A DNA stretch of 64,000 nt from a candidate division WOR-3 bacterium (GCA_965649295.1 CBFGKH010000005.1:1-64000); one strand, 5' to 3'. Counted from the first letter of the stretch, positions 50,769-60,747 are shown. Translations and numbers: made by a program. Notes: a model not told the origin generated them from the sequence alone.

Positions 50769-51914
50769 TTAGATTACGTTGAAGAGTTTGACGATGTCGC
50801 CGAGCCGGGTCAGTCCGGGTAGCTTGCTCAGTAGTAACAGCGCTGAGCCGAGTGTGATGACAGTAAGAATGAGTACCTTACCATAATCTTGGCCTTTGAG
50901 CGAGCCCAAGAGCAGTGGTTCTCGGGAGAGGTAGGCCGACGCGGCGTATAGTTCCTCACCAATGAGAGTGTAGTCGCAGGCAGTAATAAAAAATGGCAGC
51001 TGGAACACTGAGTCGGTGCCCGCGATCTGAATTGCACCGGTCGTGGCACCGGTTTCAGCGAGAATCAACGATTCAGCCCAGAAGGTACCGAGGAAGAAGT
51101 TCGTCGCCGGTTTTTCGCGCACCATCAGACCGTCTACCGCGGCTGCGTAGGCGAACTGCTCGGATGTCAGGAAGAAGATGTTGTCGGATCGAAAGGCGTC
51201 TGGTCGGCCGGCCTTGGTGTAGGCTTCCTTAACAACCTCGCGGACGACAGTATAGACAATCGGGTCGCGGTTAGGCACGAGTAGCGCCGAGTCATATTGG
51301 GCCGTCTTCTTTGCAACTTCGCCAAGGATGTTGATCGAAGCGATCGTTGCAATGTCGGAGACACCACCCAAGCCTGGGACATAGACGATCGGTTTACCCA
51401 TTTCCGTCGCTCTGCCCACAGCCTCCTCAACAGCGTCGAGGCCAGCAATCCGGCGAACGAACAGACTCCGGCCGGATCGGGCGGTCTCAATGAAGTAGAT
51501 GACTAGTGCGAAGAAGACGAGCATTGCGACGAGCACATTTATGCGGGCAGTATTAAAGAGCTGGGCCACGGCGATGACCGGCCGTGTCTGTTCACTCCAG
51601 GCGGTGTCGGAGCCAGCAACTGCCGCAATGCGATAGGTGTAAGGGCGGCGGTTCTTGACTTGTTCGTCGAGATAGCCGTTTTCGGTTGGCGGCAGTTCGG
51701 CAATCACCAGGGGAGAAGAATCGCTCTCGGCGCGTTCGACGAGGTACCGCTCGGCCCCACTGACCGGGTTCCAGCTCAGAGTGATGCTACTGCCTCGGTC
51801 ATTTGGTGTATCCTGAACGTTAACTTCGGTCGGAGCCGCTAGCTGGGTTTCCGGCAACACTTGGTCACTAGTTACTGTTGGTCCGATGAGTAGCAAGACG
51901 GTTGCCAATATCAT
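50769..51914 (-). CDS. Fibronectin type III domain plus DUF6754-like membrane protein
   Basis: Signal peptide, FN3 (ITLSWNPV…YTYRIAAV), TM segment, [20 protein letters not shown]…[18 protein letters not shown]. Confidence 0.75.
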   Translation of the reverse strand: MILATVLLLIGPTVTSDQVLPETQLAAPTEVNVQDTPNDRGSSITLSWNPVSGAERYLVERAESDSSPLVIAELPPTENGYLDEQVKNRRPYTYRIAAVAGSDTAWSEQTRPVIAVAQLFNTARINVLVAMLVFFALVIYFIETARSGRSLFVRRIAGLDAVEEAVGRATEMGKPIVYVPGLGGVSDIATIASINILGEVAKKTAQYDSALLVPNRDPIVYTVVREVVKEAYTKAGRPDAFRSDNIFFLTSEQFAYAAAVDGLMVREKPATNFFLGTFWAESLILAETGATTGAIQIAGTDSVFQLPFFITACDYTLIGEELYAASAYLSREPLLLGSLKGQDYGKVLILTVITLGSALLLLSKLPGLTRLGDIVKLFNVI

Positions 51915-52240
51915 TCGTCCACGACTCCTTTCTTACTCTGCTCTTTGGCGACTGATGATTCCTGGCACTGGCATGGTGTCGAGTGGCACTTCGGGCAGCC
52001 GCGAGCGTATTTGGCGATCGCGGCGTCAAGTTCGACGTTCTGCAGTGATGCAAGACTAACCAGCCAGGCAAATACGTCGGCGAACTCTTCTTCGAGGTTT
52101 GCCCGGTCCTGTTGGCGTATCGCTCGAGCCAGTTCACCAGTCTCTTCTACAAGCCAGCGGAACGTGCCGTCAACGCCGCGGCGACTGTCCTTCGCATAGT
52201 AGATGTCACGGATTAGGCGCTGAAACTCAGCTACGGTCAC
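51911..52240 (-). CDS. MazG-like nucleotide pyrophosphohydrolase
   Basis: LVEETGELA…EEEFADV; C-terminal CPKC…C-C. Confidence 0.85.
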   Translation of the reverse strand: MTVAEFQRLIRDIYYAKDSRRGVDGTFRWLVEETGELARAIRQQDRANLEEEFADVFAWLVSLASLQNVELDAAIAKYARGCPKCHSTPCQCQESSVAKEQSKKGVVDE

Positions 52241-52270
52241 GCTGCCAGTATGGACAAAACCTGGTCTGTG

Positions 52271-53386
52271 TCAAGGTAGCTGGCGGCGTCGGTCAATTAG
52301 TTGCTGGTAAACAGCAAGATGCCGATCGGCCAGCACTCGAACGTCCCAACGCTCTTGGACGCATTGTCGAGCACGTCGGCCCATCTCTCGAATGTCTTGG
52401 CTCAACAACCAGAGTACCTTTTCAGCAATGTCACGGGAGTTGCCGGCCTCGAATAGTACGCCTGTCACTCGGTCTTCGATGATTTGGGGAAGACCGCCGA
52501 CTCGTGAGGCCGCAACCGGTGTCTCACAGGCGAGGGCTTCAAGGGCAGCAATTGAAGTTTCCTCGAAGAATGACGGAACCAGCGCAATTTCGGCTGAACT
52601 AAGCAGGGCCGGCATTGCGGTGTTGGGAAACTTGCCCAAGAAGCTGATGTCGTTTGAGAGCCCAAGGTCTCGGACAAGTTGTTCTAGCTCAGGGCGCAAC
52701 TTGCCTTCGCCGACGATGTAGAGATGGACAGGATAATGCTTGCGTATCTCAAGCATTGCTTCGATGGCGTAGCGGACACCCTTCTTGGGGATGAGTCGGG
52801 CAGAGCAGAGTATTATGCGCTTGCCAGGGTTCCTAATAGTTGGGGCAACACGGCGGAAGATTCGTGTGTCACAGGCATTGACGTAGGGTTCGACTTTGGC
52901 GGGGTCGGCCACGCGTGCTGCTGCAGCGGCCTGCGGCAGGCTGTTGGCGAAGATGTGATCAACGTCTCTGTACAGCCAACGTAACCCAGGCCTTAACAGC
53001 GGATTTCTTACATACTTCTGAAAACGAGTCTCATGAAGTGTTACTAGAGCGGGGATACCGTAACGTCGTTTGACGACCGAGACTGGCCAACCTGACGGAA
53101 AGCTCTCGCCGTGGACGATATCGGCACCTTCTGCCACTTGCAAGAGTTTGGCGATTGATGTCCAGGTATATAGAAACCAGCCGATTGGGTTACGGCCAAA
53201 CCAGGTAGTTCGGTGCACATGGATGCCATCGAGGAGTTCGTAGGTTGCTAACCCTGGTAATGAACGACCGCAGACAACGTGAACCTCGTGCCCGCGGTCA
53301 CGCAGCTCCCAGGCGAGACTCTGGATGTGGCTCTCCATTCCGCCGTATTCAGGTAAGTAATAAACCGCGTGGAAGACGATTTTCAT
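52271..53386 (-). CDS. Glycosyltransferase family 4
   Basis: GGMESH, ARLIPKKG, EETSIAALEALAC, VGGLPQ. Confidence 0.88.
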   Translation of the reverse strand: MKIVFHAVYYLPEYGGMESHIQSLAWELRDRGHEVHVVCGRSLPGLATYELLDGIHVHRTTWFGRNPIGWFLYTWTSIAKLLQVAEGADIVHGESFPSGWPVSVVKRRYGIPALVTLHETRFQKYVRNPLLRPGLRWLYRDVDHIFANSLPQAAAAARVADPAKVEPYVNACDTRIFRRVAPTIRNPGKRIILCSARLIPKKGVRYAIEAMLEIRKHYPVHLYIVGEGKLRPELEQLVRDLGLSNDISFLGKFPNTAMPALLSSAEIALVPSFFEETSIAALEALACETPVAASRVGGLPQIIEDRVTGVLFEAGNSRDIAEKVLWLLSQDIREMGRRARQCVQERWDVRVLADRHLAVYQQLIDRRRQLP

Positions 53387-53413
53387 GACGGTAGTTCAGT
53401 GGCCACGATGGTC

Positions 53414-55882
53414 TTACTGATGCTTGTGTTCTCTTGTTATGGAGACTATTACTGTGCTAAAGAGAAAGACCAGTGAAGCTAATGTCAGCAGTATTCCAAT
53501 ACGGTCGTAGTTCGAGGAGTAGGCGAAAACAACCTTGTGTTTTCCCGGCGGAACCTTCACGGCACGGAATGTATGATATGCCCTAAGCACTTTTCTCGGT
53601 TTACCATCGACCGTCGCTCGATAGTCGGGTTGAAAGTTGTCGCTCAATACTAAGAGGCAGGGCTTAGAGGCGCTGACGTCAAGCACGACGCGATTCGCAT
53701 CATACGATGCGACCGTCACGCTGCCCGGGGGTGAACTGTCGGTTGAACGCGGTAAATCGGGATCGCTGTAGAGCAACGCAGTGCGTCCGGGATTGAAGCC
53801 AGGCGACAGCAATCGGTTGAGCGTTTCATCTTTGTCCTTCGTCACTTCAAAATCGGTGACAAGGAAAGCACGAGGAAGGACATTGCGGTTGCGGTAGATA
53901 CTATAGCGTTGGCCGCGCATTGCCAATTCGAACTGCGGTTGATCGAAATAGGAACGGAGCTGTGCAATTGTCTGCCGACTACGTTCATCGTAGCGGGACA
54001 CGTCATCGGGCAAGGCGTAGCTGATTACGTACTTGACGTTAGCAAGGTTCATAGCCGACGCGTTCAGTAGATTACCGGCTGCAAACATCACACTCTGCCC
54101 GGCACCGATGAAGTCCTGGTAGCTTTGTAAAGGATTAGGAATCTGACCACCGGTTGACTGAATGCCGTGGATTAGTAGGATACCATCATCGGAACGTTCA
54201 TAATGTAGCGGTAGTACCCGATATAGACTTGTGTCTTTCTTTAGGAATGCCGTGACTTCGTCTGGTTCGTAATACTCCGCTGGCCTTGGCGCGCCACGAA
54301 TGTATCCTTTGGTTTCATCCCAGAGATTAAGTGAAATGCCGATATCGACTATCATCACTGCAGCGAGGCAAGCCGCGACTACGTTTGGTCGGAGCTTACC
54401 AACCAACAGTAGCCAGACCAGAATTGCACCACCCACGGCAATAGCCGCAGCAAAGAACATACCGCTTAGCAGATTCGAGTAATTGCTGAGGAACGTCTCG
54501 TATCTGTTGACAGGAACCATTGACTTGAGAATCTGAACCGTCGGTCCCTTGAACATTGCGAACCAGATAGCTAGCAGGACGAACGCTCCAGCAACAGCGA
54601 ACATGGTATTCCTGATCCGCTTGGGCTCGGCAGACTTTGAGTGCTCAAGCAGATAATCAATGCCTAGACCAGCAAGGACGATAAGTGAGAAGGCAGCGAT
54701 AAAGAAGATCATCGCCGGGCCACGGAACTTGCTAATCCCTGGCAAGAGGTGATAAGGTATGCGGTAGAACGGTGTGTTGCCTCCCCAGGCCATTAGCAGT
54801 GTAGCAGCAAATGAGCATGCGAAGAACCGAACCCGTTGGTCATGCCACCGGCGGACTATTGCCAACGCAGCGAATAGGAGTGGTATGATGCCCAGATATT
54901 CGCTGTGAAGCTTGAACGGGTTTTGGCCCCAGTAGTTGTTCAACCCTCCGGAGAATCTAGGTGTAAGTAGGTCGAACGTTTCGATTATTGGCATAGACCA
55001 TGAGGTTGCATACTGATAACCACGTTCCGCACCGCGTGAAGCGTAGGGCATGTTGCCGTAAATCGGCAGGTACTGTATAGCGGAGAGGCCAAGAGAGAAA
55101 CAGGTGCCGAGGAGAAAGTAGAGACAGAGACGAACGGCGAAACGTAATCGGCCAGTCCGTTCTGGTAGGTTGCGAATCGTCGGCACCAACTTGAAGATGA
55201 AATACGCTGTTAAGATTAAACCCGTGTAGTATACCTTCTGGACATGGCCAGAAAGGAGTTGGAGGGCGAGCACGACTCCCATGAGTACGAACCAGATGAA
55301 CCGCTGGAGAGTGAGTCCGCGGTGCAAAAAGAGTAGCGCAAAGGGCAGCAGTGCTGAGCCGATCAGCCGTCCATCGTGGCCGGCGTAGGTGAGTGTCAGA
55401 AGGCTGCCAGCTAGCGAGTAGCCAAGTCCACCTAAGGCAGCGGCAATCTCCGCAAGCTTGAGTTCGCGTAGAAACAAGTAGGTGCCTAAACCGGCGGCAA
55501 AAATGTGCAGAATGAATGTCCACGTCCAGACGACATCCACTGGCAACAGCATCCGAGCAAATAGGGTTGGATAGTAAAGGTCAGCGTAGAAAGCGGCTCC
55601 AGTCGGTTGGCCGCAGAGCAGTCCTGGCAACCAGTACGCAATCCAGCCGTGATTTGCTATGTACTCTTTCATGTAATAGCGCAGAGCGAAACTGCCAGCG
55701 CCCAGGAGGTCGGTTCCGAAGAGCATTCGATTGTTCACTAGGTACTTGCCGTAGAACAGCAGTGGGACGATAAGAAAACCTGAAGCAAAGATCCACTTCT
55801 GGTATTTGCTGGTGCCGTTTGGGGGTGGTTCGGTTGTAGTGGAGGGGCGTCGTGTTGTCAACTTTCTAGTTTTGGGTGCCAC
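53414..55882 (-). CDS. YfhO family (GT-C-like) membrane protein
   Basis: Many TM segments, W…GQP…FY…LYYP, LSGHVQ, FRGP, NVKYV, PRAF, C-terminal ATVDG…VPPGKHKV. Confidence 0.78.
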   Translation of the reverse strand: MAPKTRKLTTRRPSTTTEPPPNGTSKYQKWIFASGFLIVPLLFYGKYLVNNRMLFGTDLLGAGSFALRYYMKEYIANHGWIAYWLPGLLCGQPTGAAFYADLYYPTLFARMLLPVDVVWTWTFILHIFAAGLGTYLFLRELKLAEIAAALGGLGYSLAGSLLTLTYAGHDGRLIGSALLPFALLFLHRGLTLQRFIWFVLMGVVLALQLLSGHVQKVYYTGLILTAYFIFKLVPTIRNLPERTGRLRFAVRLCLYFLLGTCFSLGLSAIQYLPIYGNMPYASRGAERGYQYATSWSMPIIETFDLLTPRFSGGLNNYWGQNPFKLHSEYLGIIPLLFAALAIVRRWHDQRVRFFACSFAATLLMAWGGNTPFYRIPYHLLPGISKFRGPAMIFFIAAFSLIVLAGLGIDYLLEHSKSAEPKRIRNTMFAVAGAFVLLAIWFAMFKGPTVQILKSMVPVNRYETFLSNYSNLLSGMFFAAAIAVGGAILVWLLLVGKLRPNVVAACLAAVMIVDIGISLNLWDETKGYIRGAPRPAEYYEPDEVTAFLKKDTSLYRVLPLHYERSDDGILLIHGIQSTGGQIPNPLQSYQDFIGAGQSVMFAAGNLLNASAMNLANVKYVISYALPDDVSRYDERSRQTIAQLRSYFDQPQFELAMRGQRYSIYRNRNVLPRAFLVTDFEVTKDKDETLNRLLSPGFNPGRTALLYSDPDLPRSTDSSPPGSVTVASYDANRVVLDVSASKPCLLVLSDNFQPDYRATVDGKPRKVLRAYHTFRAVKVPPGKHKVVFAYSSNYDRIGILLTLASLVFLFSTVIVSITREHKHQ

Positions 55883-56837
55883 GTTTCCTCCGGCGAATCA
55901 CGGTGGGTAGCATTACGGCTGCCATAAAGCTCTCACTGAGGGTCATCCATATTCTGGTTATTAGCGCTGACATGATTGCAACCGGTAATGGCATTACGGT
56001 ACTAAGAATGACTGTATATACCCCTTCGCGTACTCCAAGTCCAGCCGGAGCAACAAGCACGATGAAACCTAGTATCCACGAAGAGGCGTAGCCGCCGAGC
56101 AGGATGGGCAGAGTGTTGAGAGGCAGAGCATAGAACGACCGGATCAACAGAAAACAGCCGATGCCCTGCAAAATCCAATCCAGAATGTATAGAGCAACGA
56201 TTTCGAGCAGAAGGCGGTAGGGTAGACTGATTGTGAAGCTTGGACGTCCAAGCCACCGTAGGACGATTCTCAGCGTAAGATTTAGCAGCGGCGGATAGAG
56301 CAGAATGAGACTGAGCGGCCCCGCTAGTAGCAGCCAATATACAGAGCTCGGCAGCGTGCCGCGTGGTACGAACGGAATTGACACGGCCAACAGTAGAACA
56401 GCCGCAAAGAAGGAAAGGATGACCTCGATACCAACGCTGACTAGGGTTCTGTCCTCTGAGATTCCTTCCGAACGAGCCATCCCAGCGCGTCCGAGTGTGA
56501 ACCAAAGCTTGCCGGGCGCATACTTGCCGAGTTGAGTGACCGCCATGATCGCCAGCGCCCGGGTTGGCGCCATGTGAGCACCAAGCGCGGCCAAAATTCG
56601 TCGCCAGGCCAGTGCTTCCAAAGGGAAACGCGTCACGAGTAAAATGATGAAAGAGCCGATGAGCAGGGGGAAGGCGAAATGGAGAGTATCGAATGGAACA
56701 CTCCGCCAGTCGCGGACTAGCCGTGATATGAGAAAATAAAGCGCAGCCGCGGCGATCAGTATGCCGAGTAACGTCCGAACGAGCGTTCCGGCCGCGAACC
56801 GAGTCCTGCCGTCGGCCAGTGGCGGCAATTCTCTCAT
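55866..56837 (-). CDS. Lysylphosphatidylglycerol-synthase TM domain / putative flippase (UPF0104)
   Basis: QLGKYAPG, PAGLGVREG; multi-TM. Confidence 0.75.
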   Translation of the reverse strand: MRELPPLADGRTRFAAGTLVRTLLGILIAAAALYFLISRLVRDWRSVPFDTLHFAFPLLIGSFIILLVTRFPLEALAWRRILAALGAHMAPTRALAIMAVTQLGKYAPGKLWFTLGRAGMARSEGISEDRTLVSVGIEVILSFFAAVLLLAVSIPFVPRGTLPSSVYWLLLAGPLSLILLYPPLLNLTLRIVLRWLGRPSFTISLPYRLLLEIVALYILDWILQGIGCFLLIRSFYALPLNTLPILLGGYASSWILGFIVLVAPAGLGVREGVYTVILSTVMPLPVAIMSALITRIWMTLSESFMAAVMLPTVIRRRKRGTQN

Positions 56838-56952
56838 CAGCCACTAGTCGCGGGCTCAAGTGATAGCTTCAGGATTAGTTCTTGCGGTAGGTTCTCGCGC
56901 ATGGCTGAATGCGAAGAAAAACATCGTCGCAAGGCACAGGCAGCCAAATCAG

Positions 56953-57207
56953 CTAGGCGCGTGCTACAAGTTCGCGGGCGAGTCGCGATTTGAGCCGGTT
57001 GGCGGCCTTGCGATGGATGATTCTTCTGCGAGCAGACTTGTCAATGACCGATTGGACCTCGGGCAGGAACTTGGCGGCCTCGTCCTTACTGGCCGTGTTC
57101 AGTCTCTTGATCGCTGCCTTCAATACCTGCTTGCTCTGGCGATTGCGGATGCGGCGCTTCTCGCTTTTGCGAGCATGTTTCTGGCCTGATGCTGTTCTCT
57201 TGGCCAA
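56953..57207 (-). CDS. rpsT: 30S ribosomal protein S20
   Basis: RRIRNR, IDKSARRRIIHRKAANRLKSRL. Confidence 0.92.
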   Translation of the reverse strand: MAKRTASGQKHARKSEKRRIRNRQSKQVLKAAIKRLNTASKDEAAKFLPEVQSVIDKSARRRIIHRKAANRLKSRLARELVARA

Positions 57208-57235
57208 GATTCCTCCGTGTTCGGGGTTTTAAATA

Positions 57236-57308
57236 TGCCGGGACACAGAATCGAACTGTGGACACCGTGATTTTCAGTCACGTGCTCTACCAACTGAGCT
57301 ATCCCGGC
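57236..57308 (-). tRNA. tRNA-Phe(GAA)
   Basis: GCCGGGATAGCTCAGTTGGTAGAGC, CGTGA-CTGAAAA-TCACG anticodon arm. Confidence 0.96.
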
Positions 57309-57426
57309 AACTCGGCTCATTGTAGAACAAAAGTCGCGCGTGTCAATCTGTCTTCAGAGTGTCGGCTTCTAGCGAATGTCGATTGCCTTGACATTCACCG
57401 TCGCATCACCTAGAATGCCCCGCGCT

Positions 57427-58143
57427 GTGTATTCTCTGTCCGTCAACATCGACCATGTAGCAACGCTGCGGCAGGCTCGACGGGAGTCGTTTCCGGACCC
57501 GATACACGCCGCAGCCGCAGTCGAGGCAGGCGGGGCTGACGGAATCACGGTGCATTTGCGTCAGGACCGGCGCCACATTAGCGACCGTGACGTCATGTTG
57601 CTACGACAGACGGTCAAGACGGCTTTGACTGTTGAGATGGCAGTTAGCGCCGACCTTGTGCGGTTCATCAGACGAGTCAGGCCCGACCAGGTCACTTTTG
57701 TGCCTGAGGTAAGGTCCGAGGTGACAACAACCAAGGGCTTGGATTTGTTGAAAGGGACTTCGGGGACACGTACGGCGGTTAGATACCTGCAGCGGGCAGG
57801 AATTCGAGTCAGTCTATTTGTGGAACCTGATCCTGTCCAGGTGTGCGCTGCCGCTGAGCTTGGTGCGGATATTGTTGAGCTGTGTACTGACCGCTACAGC
57901 CGGTACTGGTCACGGAAGCCGGAGCTGTTAGACGAGCTCGTTGCCGCTGCTGAAGCCGCAAGAGCAGCACGGCTTCAAGTGCATGTTGGTCACGGATTGG
58001 ATTACCGCAATGTTGTGCCAGTCCTTGAGAACAAGCTGGCAGTTGGCTACAGTATCGGATTCGCGATTGTCGCCCGAGCCATTTTCGTGGGCCTCGAGCG
58101 AGCAGTGGCAGAAATGAAGCGAATAATGGAGGTCTATTCTTGA
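57427..58143 (+). CDS. pdxJ: Pyridoxine 5'-phosphate synthase
   Basis: VNIDHVATLRQAR, TVHLRQDRRHI, GHGLDY. GTG start chosen because TTGACA-17-TAGAAT (57388-57416) overlaps the upstream ATG. Confidence 0.92.
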   Translation: MYSLSVNIDHVATLRQARRESFPDPIHAAAAVEAGGADGITVHLRQDRRHISDRDVMLLRQTVKTALTVEMAVSADLVRFIRRVRPDQVTFVPEVRSEVTTTKGLDLLKGTSGTRTAVRYLQRAGIRVSLFVEPDPVQVCAAAELGADIVELCTDRYSRYWSRKPELLDELVAAAEAARAARLQVHVGHGLDYRNVVPVLENKLAVGYSIGFAIVARAIFVGLERAVAEMKRIMEVYS

Positions 58144-59837
58144 AAGGCGCGAGAATTAAGTTTGCTGGCTTACTTGTGGCCGTTGGGCTATCGATTTGGG
58201 CTTTGTACCCGACTTATCGTCTTTACGCGGTCATGCCTGGACAGGAGAAGGCGCTTGCCCAGAGGCTTGCCATGGCGACGACCAGTGCGGAGAGTCTGCG
58301 AGTACAGAAGGAGATGGTCGAATTCCAGGCACAGAAGACCGCGCTTCACAAGCGTGCCCTACACTTGGGGTTAGACCTTGTCGGAGGGATGCATCTTACC
58401 CTTGAGGTGGACAAGTCGGGCCTCTCGGCTGACGATGCTCGTGATGCCGGTGACCGTGCACTTGAGGTAATCCGCAATCGAATCGACCAGTTCGGTGTAT
58501 TCGAACCCATCATCCAGAAAGTTGGGAAAGACCGTATACTGGTGCAGTTGCCCGGAGTTGATCGTGACCGGGCCAAGGCGTTGATCGGTCAAACCGCGCA
58601 GCTCAAGTTCCAGCTCGTTCAAGACGAGCGCAGCTCCTATGACGCTTTCAAGGCAATCGACGACAGGCTCAAGGCTGGAGCAACGTCCTCGACTGGCATT
58701 GGTGGTGATACGTTGCGTAGGGTCTCCACTGATGACAACAGTACTTTTCTTGGCGGGGAGACTACTGCCACGCCATCGACCACAACAGAAGGTAGTTTCC
58801 TAAGCTATCTGCAAACCGTTGGGGGCGATTTTGCTGTCGAGGAACGTGATTATCCTGAGTTTCGGTCACTGCTCGAACGTTCTCGTCCTTTCTGGCCGGC
58901 TGGTTACGAGATTCTGCTAGGTGCGCCGGAGAGGCATGAGGACCGGACAATACGGCGCGTGTATGTGCTTAAAGCGGAACCGGAGATGCTTGGCTCAGCA
59001 ATCAAGGATGCGCGGCCGGCTCCTTATCAGGGTTCGGAACCGGGTTTGGCGAACACTTGGATTGTCAGCTTGAAGCTCGAACGCAAGGATGCCGCGACGT
59101 TTGCTCAAGTGACTGGCCGCAACATTGGTCGTCGGCTGGCGATTGTTCTTGACAACGTGGTTAAGTCAGCACCAGTGATTCAGTCGCGGATACCAGACGG
59201 TAACGCGATGATCACCACTAATGATGTTAATCCTGACGATGCCCGTGATCTAGCAATCGTGCTGCGTTCCGGGGCACTGCCGGCACCCGTCAATGTTATC
59301 GAAGAGCGTTCAGTCGGAGCATCACTTGGCAACGATTCGATCCGTAAGGGCATCTTAGCAAGTGTTATCGGTGCGCTGGTTGTTTTAGGGTTCATGGTGA
59401 TCTACTATTCATTCGCTGGCTTCTTGGCTGATTTGGCACTTCTCTTCAATCTGTTGTTCTTGCTTGCTGTGCTTGCTGGTTTGCGGGCTACTATGACGTT
59501 ACCCGGATTGGCAGCCATCGCTTTGACAGTTGGAATGGCGGTTGATGCGAACGTGCTTGTTTTTGAGCGGATTCGGGAGGAGCTTAAGTGGGGCAAAACG
59601 GTGATGGCGGCGGTTGATTCAGGCTATGACCGAGCTTTCATAACGATTGTCGATGCCAATGTTACGACCATCATTACGGCGATAGCTCTCTACTTCATCG
59701 GTAGTGGTCCGATTCGTGGCTTTGCCATCAACCTGGCGGTTGGCCTGGTGATCAACGTTCTGACAGCGGTCTTCATGACGCGGTGGGTGTTTGATTGGTG
59801 GCTGGCACGATTTGAAGTCAAGAAGTTGAGGATATAG
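58140..59837 (+). CDS. secD: Protein translocase subunit SecD
   Basis: LGLDLVGG, IRNRID, LRSGALP, GMAVDANVLVFERIREE. Confidence 0.96.
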   Translation: MKGARIKFAGLLVAVGLSIWALYPTYRLYAVMPGQEKALAQRLAMATTSAESLRVQKEMVEFQAQKTALHKRALHLGLDLVGGMHLTLEVDKSGLSADDARDAGDRALEVIRNRIDQFGVFEPIIQKVGKDRILVQLPGVDRDRAKALIGQTAQLKFQLVQDERSSYDAFKAIDDRLKAGATSSTGIGGDTLRRVSTDDNSTFLGGETTATPSTTTEGSFLSYLQTVGGDFAVEERDYPEFRSLLERSRPFWPAGYEILLGAPERHEDRTIRRVYVLKAEPEMLGSAIKDARPAPYQGSEPGLANTWIVSLKLERKDAATFAQVTGRNIGRRLAIVLDNVVKSAPVIQSRIPDGNAMITTNDVNPDDARDLAIVLRSGALPAPVNVIEERSVGASLGNDSIRKGILASVIGALVVLGFMVIYYSFAGFLADLALLFNLLFLLAVLAGLRATMTLPGLAAIALTVGMAVDANVLVFERIREELKWGKTVMAAVDSGYDRAFITIVDANVTTIITAIALYFIGSGPIRGFAINLAVGLVINVLTAVFMTRWVFDWWLARFEVKKLRI

Positions 59838-59838
59838 T

Positions 59839-60747
59839 ATGCGACTAATTGGTGATACGCGAATTCCATTTGTTGCGAAGCGAAGGGTGTTCTTCGGTCT
59901 TTCGGCAGCTCTCATCCTGGCAAGTATCGGAGTTGTTGTCATCCGTGGCGGTTTCAACTACGGTGTCGATTTCACGGGTGGTTCACTGGTTCAGGTTCGT
60001 TTCTCGCAACTCGTCAGCACCGATGCTGTCCGGGCCGCCCTACAGGCGATGGGCGAGCAGGGTGCAGCCATTCAGCGCGATGAGCAGGGAGATTTCTTTA
60101 TTCGCGTCAAAGCGCGGGAGCTCACCGGCGGCCAGTCGTTTGGGACAATGTTGGGGCAGCAGCTGGCAACTTCTTTCCCAGGCAACGCCTTCGAAATACT
60201 GAGCGAGGATACAGTCGGTCCGCAGGTTTCGAAGGAACTGCAGGGCAAGGTGCTGCTGGCGGTGCTGCTGGCGATAGTCGGAATCCTCGTCTATGTTTCG
60301 TTCCGCTTCGATTTTCGGTTCGGTACCGGTGCTGTACTAGCTCTCATTCACGATACGGTCATAACTTTGGGTTTTGTGGCTTTGTTCAACAAGGAGATTA
60401 CGGTCACGGTAATTGCGGCAGTTTTGACCGTGATCGGGTATTCAGTCAACGACTCGATTGTTGTGTCAGACCGGATCCGTGAAGACATCCGTAAGATGCG
60501 CAAAGAGTCGTTTGCTGACGTCTGTAACACAGCAATCAATCAAACTCTCAGTCGAACAGCGATCACGTCGCTAACTGTTCTGTTCGTCACGTTATCTTTG
60601 TTGATCTTCGGGGCCGCCAGCATTAGGGACTTCGCATTCGTTATGACGGTCGGCACGGTGGTTGGCACCTATTCTTCCATATTCGTGGTTGCCAATTCAG
60701 TTGTGGAATGGGAGCATCGGTTCCCCAGCAAGCGCCGACTGCGGTAG
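59839..60747 (+). CDS. secF: Protein translocase subunit SecF
   Basis: GVDFTGG, HD, GYSVNDSIVVSDRIRE, GTYSSIF. Confidence 0.96.
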   Translation: MRLIGDTRIPFVAKRRVFFGLSAALILASIGVVVIRGGFNYGVDFTGGSLVQVRFSQLVSTDAVRAALQAMGEQGAAIQRDEQGDFFIRVKARELTGGQSFGTMLGQQLATSFPGNAFEILSEDTVGPQVSKELQGKVLLAVLLAIVGILVYVSFRFDFRFGTGAVLALIHDTVITLGFVALFNKEITVTVIAAVLTVIGYSVNDSIVVSDRIREDIRKMRKESFADVCNTAINQTLSRTAITSLTVLFVTLSLLIFGAASIRDFAFVMTVGTVVGTYSSIFVVANSVVEWEHRFPSKRRLR

